A DNA stretch of 32,632 nt from Macrostomum lignano (taxonomy: Eukaryota): positions 72,033-104,664 of the forward strand of contig NIVC01004172.1 in NCBI GenBank assembly GCA_002269645.1, given 5' to 3'. A program made the position numbers and the translations under genes. The notes below the pieces were generated by a model. It saw only the letters and a list, made by a program, of their open reading frames with translations, searched no databases and was not told the DNA's origin. Shown piece after piece: positions 11,301 through 20,017 of this stretch; the first letter of the stretch is position 1; every line of letters begins with the position of its first letter.

Positions 11301-13129
11301 AGACTGTCGCCAGTTCTATATGCCGGCATAGAAGTGCTCAGTGGAGGTGACATGTCTCGGGTAGCTAGATTTCTTGACCGCCGAAGGCTTAAGCCGTCTT
11401 CCCGTTTAGGCAGAGGCGATTCGTCGTCACTGCCTTTGTAGCGACTTTTTGAACTTAAAAGCAGGCCTGTCTGTCTCTGCGAAGTTGCCGAGTCTCTAGC
11501 ATAGCTAGACCGCCTTGGAGACAGATTGTTCCCCAATGAAGATTGAAGAGGTGGCGATGAGGCTCCACTCCTCAAACCAGGAGCAGGTCGACGACGCGGA
11601 TAATCTGACGCTTGCGGTTCGGAATCGTCCGTATCTTTATTTGTACTTCCTCGCCTTTTAAGGTCATCTTTATCGTCTTTGATAGGTTTTCTACGAACCA
11701 GAGATTCATCTTGCCTAAATCTAGAAGGCGGCGATTCACTGCGATCATTCGGAGATTCCCTCTCCGAAGGTCTTCCAGGTCTTCGGAGTCTTCCAGGTCT
11801 CCGCAGGTCTTCCATTTCGGTTTTGCTGTTGTTGTCGCGTCGACGGTTTAGCGGTTCGTCGCGAAAAGATGACTTCAGAGGTGGCGAGCCGGATCTGAAA
11901 TCTCGGTCCGTCCTTCGGCGAGAAGGTAACTCCTCGGAATCGCTGTTCTTACCAGACAAGTCTCTCCGACGATTGAATGGTAAAGAGCCACTTCGCTCGT
12001 CAGTATCGTTTCGTCGGCGCGGGGAGGATTCATTACGTGGCGACAATCTTGACGGAGGCGGCGACTGGTCCCGTCTACCGCTAGTTAAACTCAACCGAGG
12101 CTTGTCGCGAGCGGCAGATCTAGATGACGGAGAATCGTAGTCGTCTTCCATAATCTTTTTGCGTCGAGCTGGAATGCTGTCTTTGCTGCTCAGACTAGGG
12201 GATTCTTTCCATTTTTTGAGCGGCTCCTCAAAGCTTCCTTTTTGAGCGGTTGACCGAAGTGTTGGCGAGGCGCTGTCATCGCGGTTTTCCGGTTCGAGAG
12301 CTGCCCTGGGTGATCGGCGACGCATTGGGATATCTCTATCACGATCTGTTACTCCAATCTCCTTTCTGCGTCGAATCGAAGTTTCGTCACGAAGTGAAGA
12401 CCTCGCTGGTGGCGAATCGTCGTCGCTAAGCTTGCTGTCAAGATTCCCTCCTCGAGTTAGGGACGAGCTTTTGTCAAGTAGGCTCGAACCCAGCCTACTA
12501 CTTCGTGGTGGAATATCGAATTCACTTTTGTTAGTGTCGGCTTGCCTCCGGCTCGAAGACCAGTTGGGTTTGTCCCTTGTTCGACTCAGTCTAGCGTCGG
12601 AGTTTTCTGACGAAGAGTCATCCTTGACTCCCAGCCGCATGTTGTCCGTACTGTCGTAGTGTCGCGCTTGTTTGCCATCGCCCGCTGTCGGACGGCTGAG
12701 CGAGCGGCTGCTGCTTGCGCCGTCGACGGATCGAGTTGGCAAATTTTGGGACGATTTCTGCTCAGCGTTGCGACTACGTCGAGCCAATGACGATCCCGTA
12801 GGTCGCGGCGATCCGGGTCGCTTTTTGTCGGCGCTGTCTTCGATGGTGTTTTCATCGCGACGCAAGCCAGCTGAAGAAGCGGACGAACGCGGCTGATAGG
12901 ACATAAAGCTGGCGTTCTTGTCGCGTTCCTCGTCGCTGTCGCTGACACACAGACGGTTGCGACTGCCGCCCGGTGCGGGGTGCTTCCGCTCGCTGCTGGC
13001 AGTGGAATCGAAGGTGCGACTGTTTCCGGGTGACTTGGACGGCGTCTCGGAGATAGGATTGAGTGGACTCGTTGGCTTTCCTAGGTACAGATTAGCCATT
13101 GAATCGTGTAGTCGAGCAAACCCGGCCAT
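8330..13129 (-). CDS. TTLL7: Tubulin polyglutamylase TTLL7-like, 1599 aa, single exon, with ~870-aa disordered N-terminal extension
   Basis: TTL core motifs RVNHFPGMAEICRKDLLA, KFDLRLYVLVSSCDPLRIY, HLTN, CFELLGFDILLD..LKPWLMEVNRSPSF. C-terminal IRFPGKS...YWRLSLDADKRRKVIDI...NRLLWCHGQGLW...CCRRVVQLC matches the TTLL7-specific C-terminal domain. ATTAAA at 8296-8291. Confidence 0.93.
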   Translation of the reverse strand: MAGFARLHDSMANLYLGKPTSPLNPISETPSKSPGNSRTFDSTASSERKHPAPGGSRNRLCVSDSDEERDKNASFMSYQPRSSASSAGLRRDENTIEDSADKKRPGSPRPTGSSLARRSRNAEQKSSQNLPTRSVDGASSSRSLSRPTAGDGKQARHYDSTDNMRLGVKDDSSSENSDARLSRTRDKPNWSSSRRQADTNKSEFDIPPRSSRLGSSLLDKSSSLTRGGNLDSKLSDDDSPPARSSLRDETSIRRRKEIGVTDRDRDIPMRRRSPRAALEPENRDDSASPTLRSTAQKGSFEEPLKKWKESPSLSSKDSIPARRKKIMEDDYDSPSSRSAARDKPRLSLTSGRRDQSPPPSRLSPRNESSPRRRNDTDERSGSLPFNRRRDLSGKNSDSEELPSRRRTDRDFRSGSPPLKSSFRDEPLNRRRDNNSKTEMEDLRRPGRLRRPGRPSERESPNDRSESPPSRFRQDESLVRRKPIKDDKDDLKRRGSTNKDTDDSEPQASDYPRRRPAPGLRSGASSPPLQSSLGNNLSPRRSSYARDSATSQRQTGLLLSSKSRYKGSDDESPLPKREDGLSLRRSRNLATRDMSPPLSTSMPAYRTGDSLSPRRQDDLKDDDRKKREEAGSWPKSGYRPGLQRKEGLQSNETPGPKSKFQGDKEQPKSGTFKRAVTTPKQASLEKKKPLRVETSDSETESSSGTKGFKREPIKSPVRPKPAGKDGRSLSPPSRSFSKSSRDELSPRSAKGLDLAQPKAGTASKRLDGRKQEPESTKKGLSPRASSKDDSRSPRSSVLSDSKSNKKEPSYLRSGPKAGPNSTRDLSPPRTAEKKSYGFKSSFRMSDKDKDSENRASKGPTEFEFSRYETHSLRVVKLKRPLPANLAGTRYALVETAARLIGFVRTNKDDFKTPFLIWNDTFISMERLTQLKPFQRVNHFPGMAEICRKDLLAKNMGKLNQRYPSEYKFAPRTWCLPDQLANFRQHTQEQKSEVKPSYICKPVDGTSGRGIKIYKTAEEVPQTVESQCVLQEYVSNPFLIENVKFDLRLYVLVSSCDPLRIYLFNDGFIRMSSEPYVDPQKCKADEDLNFIHLTNCSVNKQNRPTDTYGAASRRRGAKVSGMKRPLMFLNSYLQQNKYDVALVWRRIVDLIIKTVFAAYPHVVRSYRQCRPTESPGSGSACFELLGFDILLDTDLKPWLMEVNRSPSFDYDNSEEEKVKLQLLQETLMLLNFSPADWKAAKQTADSPEVPAKTAQKEVTELTALLARLKRQDRMKDVDTRICQRFRCIFPVDDATKQEKLVSVMLDAISALLEGSQMEALHREVKTFNASKTDEVAKKLAQLGSKTVQQLMDDGQAGSSGSDSEIDDQAAGGRRKPAAGRLPLKDGPKKSLRKSQEKQKDPAQKQPHPSESMMANEREQLAQRTLKFLNELSIRFPGKSNRAAEQMLRQLQDNWLARKADVSSYWRLSLDADKRRKVIDIARQNVRIALDKALRMTASDVAAAADNLASLFEKLYNRLLWCHGQGLWETFAGNTGWELILRQSREAPTETEINCCRRVVQLCQDGLMVVYLFSDAAQQLQQQQQQQQASEQLPLKASLAVL

Positions 13130-13165
13130 GTTTTTGGTCTATTAGGGCAGGGAAACCCGCCAGTG

Positions 13166-13324
13166 GTTGCTAAGCAGGATTAAACTAATTGATTTCACTT
13201 GAAAATCTTCTTTGCTTTTGCTAGAGCTAAACGCAAATTCCAGTGTTTTTCCTCTACTGCCTATATAAAATCCGACAGCTCTGCCTGCGCTTGCGTGCTT
13301 GGCGTGGCCGTCGCCCCTGGCAAC
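13166..13324. promoter_or_regulatory. Two RFX X-box-like motifs upstream of TTLL7 (GTTGCTAAGCAG 13166-13177; GTCGCCCCTGGCAAC 13310-13324)
   Basis: The distal motif fits GTNRCC-N0-3-RGYAAC; the proximal one has a strong half-site. Both lie in a CpG-rich patch 40-190 bp upstream of a cilia-related gene. Confidence 0.45.
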
Positions 13325-13887
13325 ACGCGCCCATACACAGCACCGCAGCGAGGCCAGTGCGCAGTTTGCGTAGAAAAACTTCTCTACCCCCTCGCTAGCA
13401 ATGCGCAATTCTGCGACTCGCACACAGCCGTGTAATTTAAAATTGGCACACAATTCAGTGTACAGTGGACTGTGGGTACAGTGTGCAGAATTCTCGTAAA
13501 ATCTACCAAATAAGACGTTTTTGAGTAGTGCTTTTTTCAAACTTATGCACCAAGGCATTTTCTTCAATTTCAAAAAAATGTTTACTCACCCCCGAGTACT
13601 CAGCCTGCTTGAAATTAACGAAAACGGAGGCTTGAAAATTTATACGAAGTATGCTAATCTATGTTAGGCCACATTTAGGGCTAAATATTGCGTCGCTGTA
13701 TTGCTAAATATATTTTGACTGAAATAATAACACTGGCAGACCGATGGCCAGGACAATTATTCAGAAAAAGTGTACGCTCGATAGCTGGAAAATGTTCATC
13801 AATCAGAGCCAACAAGCCATTGGTTAAAATAACTTTTTACTGATATATGGGGAAGGCTGAAGACCACTCGGATGAGGATGAGGCGAC

Positions 13888-14078
13888 TCCTATGGGACTG
13901 AAGGGCGACTGTTATGGGACTGGAGGGCAACTGTTATGGGACTGGAGGGCAACTGTTATGGGGCTGGAGGGCGACTCCTATGGGACTGGAGGGCGACTCT
14001 TTTAGGATTGGAGGGCCACTCTTATAGGACTGAAGGGCGACTCTTTTAGGACTGGAGGGCGACTCTTTTGGGACTAGC
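13888..14078. repeat. ~21-bp minisatellite (GGGACTGGAGGGCGACTCTTAT-like), about 9 copies
   Basis: Visible tandem array just downstream of the RidA poly(A) signal. Confidence 0.85.
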
Positions 14079-14209
14079 TAGAGGGGCGATTATTTTTTAT
14101 GTTTGAATCTAAATGACGATTCCATTAAAGGTCAGATCGCAAACTTTATTGAAGGCTATGGAGGCGAGCTCTTCATGGTCTTTAGACTAATGATTGGGTT
14201 TTCGGACAG

Positions 14210-14659
14210 TCACAGCTTAGCCGAGGGCCTACTACTGCCGCTACTACTATCAGTAGCCACCTCGGCCACGACAATAATTTCAACGCGTGCCCCGGCGGGC
14301 AAGTTGGACACCTGGTAACATTCCCTAGCCGGATAGGGCCGCTGAAAGAATTCAGCGTAGACTGAATTGAAGCTCTGTGCGTCGCGAATGTCGGCTAGCA
14401 GGGCGGTGCACTTTAACACGCTGTTGTAGTCGACGCCTGCGGCGGCGAGAACGGCGCCAACGTTGCGCAACGCCTGTCTAGCCTGGCTCTCGGTGTCCAG
14501 GCCGGCCAGCTGCCCGCTGTCGGGCAGGAAGCCGCACTGGCCCGACAGGAACAGCAGGCGGCTGTTCGGCGATGACGTCATCACAGCCTGACTTAGCGGA
14601 TTTTTTACGATTGGAGCATTTTTTGTCTCTATCACCTTTCTGCCGCTGTTGGCTGGCAT
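14210..14659 (-). CDS. RIDA: RidA/YjgF/YER057c/UK114 2-iminobutanoate/2-iminopropanoate deaminase, 149 aa, single exon
   Basis: Motifs P.SQAV, LFLSGQ, QARQALRN, FF..PYPAR, V..LP.GARVEI. Catalytic Arg (PAR) and Glu (VEI) retained. ATG at 14659 preceded by CTCTATCTTCATCTTCCAG|CC; AATAAA at 14150-14145. Confidence 0.93.
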   Translation of the reverse strand: MPANSGRKVIETKNAPIVKNPLSQAVMTSSPNSRLLFLSGQCGFLPDSGQLAGLDTESQARQALRNVGAVLAAAGVDYNSVLKCTALLADIRDAQSFNSVYAEFFQRPYPARECYQVSNLPAGARVEIIVVAEVATDSSSGSSRPSAKL

Positions 14660-14720
14660 GGCTGGAAGATGAAGATAGAGCCAACGGCAATCAAACACTG
14701 ACACACTTGGAGTAATAGCT

Positions 14721-15095
14721 CAGACTGGATTCACACATTTCAGACTGAATTCACATATTTCAGCCCTAATACACACATTTCAGTCTGAATTCACACAATA
14801 CAGACTGCATTCACACATTTCAGGCTGGATTCACACATTTCAGACTGAATTCACATATTTCAGCCCTAATACACACATTTCAGTCTGGATTCACACAATA
14901 CAGACTGCATTCACAAATTTCAGGCTGGATTCACACATTTCAGACTGAATTCACATATTTCAGCCCTAATACACACATTTCAGTCTGGATTCACACAATA
15001 CAGACTGCATTCACAAATTTCAGGCTGGATTCACATACAAATAACTCAAGACTGGATTCACACAAATTTAGATGTAACTCGGACTGCATTCACAC
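14721..15095. repeat. 20-bp monomer array organised as a 100-bp (5-monomer) higher-order repeat x3
   Basis: The monomer order at 14741-14840 recurs at 14841-14940 and 14941-15040. Confidence 0.92.
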
Positions 15096-16014
15096 GGAAA
15101 AGACTCCATCTAGATGTACTTGGTTCGATTCAGTGTTCATAGATGTTTGCCGAGAGAAATAAATCATTATTAATAATGAAGAATGAAAACTTACTTAATA
15201 AACAAACTCGCAAAGACAAATTTCACAAATTTCGAAATTATGCTTCAATGGCACAGTGAATGAAAGCTTTCTTCTGAAATGCTTCTTCAGAGCTCATGCG
15301 GGTCAGAAATTGCCGCGTGCATTTTATCAGTTATTATCAGTCTGAGAGAGCGAATGTTGTACTTGTACATGCATATTAAATGTACACTATTTGGCTAGAG
15401 GCCGCAAACCCAAAAATGACATTTTCCTAAAATAAGATTTTTCTACCACAACTACTAATAGTAGCATAGAAGTCATTTTAGCTCTATTTTTTTAATTGAA
15501 ATAATTAGAGCCAGTCATAGAACGAAATTGCACTTCAATATTTGATAAACTCACACGCTTGTACAACAGTGAGATTTTGGCTTTTTAATTGTCGTCTATT
15601 AACTTTAGTTTAATAAAAAAGCGAGCAACTCACAGTAACAATATATACACAAGAGTACATACTAATACAGCATATGAAGTTAGCCAGAAGAATACAAATA
15701 CACAAAGACATTGTGCTCAGATTCAAAGGAAGAGTTGCAGAGGGTTAGCAGTATGGTTATAAAGATACGAGTATTAAGGGTTTTCAAGTAACATTTAAAA
15801 TAAAAAAATAACAACCATTGTCATAATGCAGTACCCATACTTTTTTCGCTGCTATAGTAGTAGCTACGACAGATTGCCTTTGCTATGGTAACCATGATAA
15901 TAAATTATCTAATATCGAATATGAAATTCGATTGAATACATGTATTTCGCATTCAATTAAAATCCATGCTAGAATAGCTGCCTAGATTAATTATTAGCAA
16001 TTACTAGCAATATT

Positions 16015-16366
16015 GGTAGCCAAGACAACATCCCCGTTGCTATGGTAGCCAAGACAACATCCCCGTTGCTATGGTAGCCAAGACAATATTTCCGTTGCTA
16101 TGGTAGCCAAGGCAACATCCCCGTTGCTATGGTAGCCAAGACAATATTTCCGTTGCTATGGTAGCCAAGGCAACATCCCCGTTGCTATGGTAGCCAAGAC
16201 AACATCCCCGTTGCTATGGTAGCCAAGACAACATCCGTTGCTATGGTAGCCAAGGCAACATCCCCGTTGCTATGGTAGCCAAGACAATATTTCCGTTGCT
16301 ATGGTAGCCAAGGCAACATCCCCGTTGCTATGGTAGCCAAGACAACATCCCCGTTGCTATGGTAGA
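16015..16366. repeat. 29-bp minisatellite (GGTAGCCAAGACAACATCCCCGTTGCTAT)n, about 12 copies
   Basis: Period measured from 16015 to 16044. Confidence 0.93.
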
Positions 16367-16380
16367 TAAGTTAAAACTGT

Positions 16381-16584
16381 ATCGCTATAGCAACTGAATC
16401 CGAAATAACACCCTGCTGCTATAGGAACCAAATCTAAAAATAACACCCGAGTTGCTATAGCAACCGAATCCAAAAATAACACCCTGCTGCTATAGCAACC
16501 AAATCCAAAAATAACACCCGAGTTGCTATAGCGAGTTGCTATAGCAACCAAATCCAATATAACACTCCCGTTGCTATAGGAACC
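16381..16584. repeat. ~35-bp tandem unit containing the palindrome GTTGCTATAGCAAC (X-box), about 6 copies
   Basis: Perfect palindromes at 16451-16464 and 16535-16548; degenerate copies around them. Confidence 0.85.
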
Positions 16585-16649
16585 GAGGCTACTCAGAGCA
16601 AAAATAGCATTATTGTTGGAATGCAATGATAAAATCTCCCCAGCAACTG

Positions 16650-17012
16650 TTACGCAGTGTCGTCATCATCCGCAGCCGCACTGTCTGGCCCCATGGCCAG
16701 CTGCTGCTGCTGCTGTTGAGCTTGCACAGTCTCGGCTGTGGATCTCAGATGCCTAACAACCTTAGCCAGCGCCTCCGGATTGACGCCAGCTTCAATCAGA
16801 TGCGTGCAAATTCGCAGCTCCTCATAGTGCAGGCCGGTGTTAAGCAGGCGCGACATGTCAAACAAGGCCCGGTAGGCCGCCCCGCTGTTCTCGTTGCTTC
16901 GCGTGCCAGCCACCGCGTCAGAGCCTGACCCAGCCGAGGATGAGGTGGCAGCCCCGTCTGCTGTTCTGCCAGCTCGCCTAGCCAATGAGGATGAGTCTGC
17001 TTTGCCAGACAT
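16650..17012 (-). CDS. MZT1: Mitotic-spindle organizing protein 1 (MOZART1), gamma-tubulin ring complex subunit, 120 aa, single exon
   Basis: LFDMSRLLNTGLHYEELRICTHLIEAGVNPEALAKVVRHLR matches the MOZART1 signature (..[37 protein letters not shown]). Confidence 0.92.
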   Translation of the reverse strand: MSGKADSSSLARRAGRTADGAATSSSAGSGSDAVAGTRSNENSGAAYRALFDMSRLLNTGLHYEELRICTHLIEAGVNPEALAKVVRHLRSTAETVQAQQQQQQLAMGPDSAAADDDDTA

Positions 17013-19521
17013 TTTTTATGTTAATTTAGCGTTTCTCATGAAATAAAATACAAAATCTTGCTATACTGTTGAAATATTTTATAAATATGCTGGGGTGTCC
17101 TTGGTTGTCTTGACCATACATGCCCAACAGCCGGCCAATTCGTTTTGTAGTACTAATTAGATGACGAGGCTTTAAACTTAAATAATACTGTCCTAGTTAC
17201 TCCTACCGTTTACCCCAAATTATGCTAATTTTTGCTTTAGGATTTCTTTCATAGGTAAAGTCACATTTTTGGTCAAAAAGAAAGTTGCACAGCCTGGTGA
17301 AATTTCAAAGCTGGGCATGTATGGTCTGGAATTTCATTGCTATGGCTCTATAAAAACTTTTGATAAGTTCAATGTGAGAGCCAAATAACTGAGGTGGCAA
17401 ATTCAGACCATTATAACTTATATTTGGTATTCATATTCTTAAGATGTTATCTCAACAATTAATAAAATATATGGGAGATGTTTCAAATACCTTGCTTGAC
17501 TAGGTTAAGTCTGTAACAGGTTCAGTTGTCTAATAGGTTTGATAAGGAAAGAAGTAGTTGTCTTTTAATGCTCTATAGATCAATTGGTCAAATCTAGGTA
17601 GTTAAATGTAATTAGAGGACTATATATTCAGATCAAACATAGTGCTTAGGCAAGGAATGAGCTAGGAGAGCTTCTTGCTTGGTTTTAACATTGGTTTATA
17701 TAGCATTTTAGTCTTTCACATTAGGGAATAATTTGGATAATAAATATCTACTTTTTTTATTGGCTAAGGCTGGGGTCATGTCTTTAGCCTTTGCTTGTTA
17801 AGGCATATTCATTAGTTGGCAAACATTCAAATTGGATAGTAGCTTTCAGAGCCAAAATGTAATAACTTCACTGTTTTTTACTTTGTTGGCTGGCAAAATA
17901 CTTGCTAGCTTATTGATTAAATCTGTAAACTTCTAATGACAGTGTCAACCTAGTTGGATCCCATTATTAATAATGAGTGACATCTTGCTTTAAAAAGTGG
18001 AGAATGACAAGTTGATACTGGCCTATAAAGCACTGGCTTTAACATTAGCAGGGCTTATGCCAATCCTATTTCTTTATAATCTTTCAACTACTATCTATAG
18101 TATAGACAATTGTCAAGTTTTGTTCATAAAATTATTTTGATTCCAGAAGAGTAATCTATGAACTATTTTAAGTCTAAATATTAAATACTTTTAAGAGACT
18201 TAAGCCTGATTAAGCACTAATTATATGGTTTAAAACTTGTTATAATAAATATAATATATAAAATATAAAATATATAATAAATACTTTATGGGGCACAGCA
18301 GCTGACTGATCTGAGCAGCATCAAAACAACGAAAAGTATTGAAATTTAATTGAAACTGACTTGTACATAAATCGGTCATTTAATTTTTTTCATACGGTTT
18401 AAAGCTCAGAACTTGTCACCGGCTGCTTTTAAAGCCTAAAGTAAAAAAGTTACCTTCTTAGAAAGATACAATCTTTCCTACAATTTGAAGATAGTTATTA
18501 AAAAAACAAATGCTTTTAAATTAATTTGACAGTAAATCTGCTATAAAATAAAATATCTCTTTGCCTAGTTGTATTGTTTGACGTGTAACAATTTAAAATG
18601 TTTTTAGCCATTTTAGCTATTTGTTTTTATAGGTTGAAAAAAGTTTCTATGAAAAAAAATTAGTCAGCTCGGCCTCACACACAGCACACAGGACAAGCCT
18701 CTGCCCTTGAGCTGGATGACAGCTAGGCCTAGTGAAGCCTTAGCCCTTTAATAGCGACAATCTTACTAGGATAGGTAGGCCTAGCTCTATAATGTACCAA
18801 AAGCAATCTTAGAATTGTTTTAATGCTAGCCTTGCCTATCTGATCTAAAATAACTAGCTAGCCTACTTAGTTTATCTATCAAGAATGCTCTGTTGCAGCC
18901 AAGGGTTAAGCTTATTCGAAGTTATTCATACCAGACAGTTTTTCAAGGGAATAGCAAAAAATGGTCCTAGTCAGGATCATTTGTTGGCCAATCAATAGGC
19001 CTATTATTGCAGTGTGGATCGTGATAGCCGATAATCACTAAATTTAATGGGCCTCAGGCCACTCAGGACAGAAATTAATTAGGACTACTTTAAGGCATTG
19101 TTACAGATTTCGAGTCAGAGTTTCAGGGAATTTGGTCATTGGGGCAGAAAGTTTTTTGGTCTTATTAAATATAGGCCATATTCTAGGGCATGTGTCATGA
19201 CTATCAGACCATGATCCTGACCACATGATGGTTTCGATGGCTCTATGCTAATATAAATAAAAATTTCATTGTATACTAATATAATTTGTTTTATTTTAAA
19301 AAGAAGTTCAAACAAAACCAAAGTAATTTTTAATAAAACAATTATAAAATATTATTAGCAAAAGAAAAAAGTAGGCCTTAGTCTAGTCTATTTTTAGGCT
19401 AGGCTTTTTAGCAATCTTTTACTTTACTGTGTTTAATTAATTTAACCATTTTTTTATTTCAAAACAAAGATTGTAGGAGGATAAAAGGTAAGTGTCTTTA
19501 AGTGTCAAATAAGTCAATTAG

Positions 19522-20017
19522 TCAGTAATAATGAGCCACCTAGTATAGGAAGTTGCCAAACTCCTTTCTAGGAAAGAGCCTGCACTAGAGATACTTGTTG
19601 AGATAGCTTTCAAACAGAGCTTCAGAAGTGCCATGCATGTGTAGCATACTGTGCGCCCAGTGGTACACCAAATCCACTAGCTAGGTGACGATAAAGTGGG
19701 TACCCTTGAAAAAGCTACCCTTCATGATGCTTTTCTGCATCCTGCAGGTTGGACATGCCTAGGTATAGCCATCAACAAATTGGGCTCCATCCTGTCTCTG
19801 TAGCCGCATGGCTAGAGCCTCAGGGCATTGTTCACATGCCCGAGAATTTTGCAGTAGCCCATAGTTGGCCAGCCAGCAAATAGTTTGCTAGCTGTTAGAC
19901 GTCAGCAGCATAAGCTTGTGTAGTGTGATATCAATGTTGCATAGCTCGGTTGCTGGCCTTAGATTGGCCTTGGGCCAATAGTGGGTGTAGAGGACCTTCC
20001 AGCCATTAGTAAATTGG
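19522..20017 (-). pseudogene. Decayed, internally deleted Merlin (IS1016/IS1595/ISXO2-like) DNA-transposase relic
   Basis: Manual translation of one 165-codon frame: ...ICWLANYGLLQNSRACEQC..MRL....DGYT*ACPTCRMQKSIMKGSFFKGTHF..T*LVDLVYHWAHSM|LHMHGTSEALFESYLNKYL*CRLFPRKEFGNFLY*VAHYY*. This is the Zn-ribbon N-terminus of eukaryotic IS1595-type transposases fused to their C-terminus, with no DDE core. Strong acceptor TTTTTTTCTCATTTCAG ends at 20018. TIRs not found. Confidence 0.75.

Noticed and set aside
6048-12896. Numerous plus-strand ORFs overlapping the orphan gene and TTLL7
   Set aside because: Antisense shadows of GC-rich coding sequence, with no recognisable motifs.
13142-13573. 143-aa minus-strand ORF upstream of TTLL7
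   Set aside because: Non-ATG start, no family motifs; overlaps the promoter-like X-box region.
14660-14704. N-terminal extension of RidA given by the ORF track (from 14704)
   Set aside because: Starts at a non-ATG codon and runs through the polypyrimidine acceptor; the family alignment begins at ATG 14659.
17461-18120. Second decayed transposase in the CpG desert
   Set aside because: Minus-strand frames have protein-like stretches but many stops and no motif I can assign with confidence; needs a translated HMM search.
17112-19221. Short inverted repeats (GACCATACATGCCCA 17112/17312; GTCAGGATCAT 18970/19211) as Merlin TIRs
   Set aside because: They do not flank the transposase relic and no TSDs were seen; at most small MITE remnants.
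19522-20017. TAG reassignment or readthrough making the Merlin ORF functional
   Set aside because: The TAGs fall at positions expected to be Trp in some places and probably Gln in others, so one reassignment cannot explain them; the DDE core is also missing.
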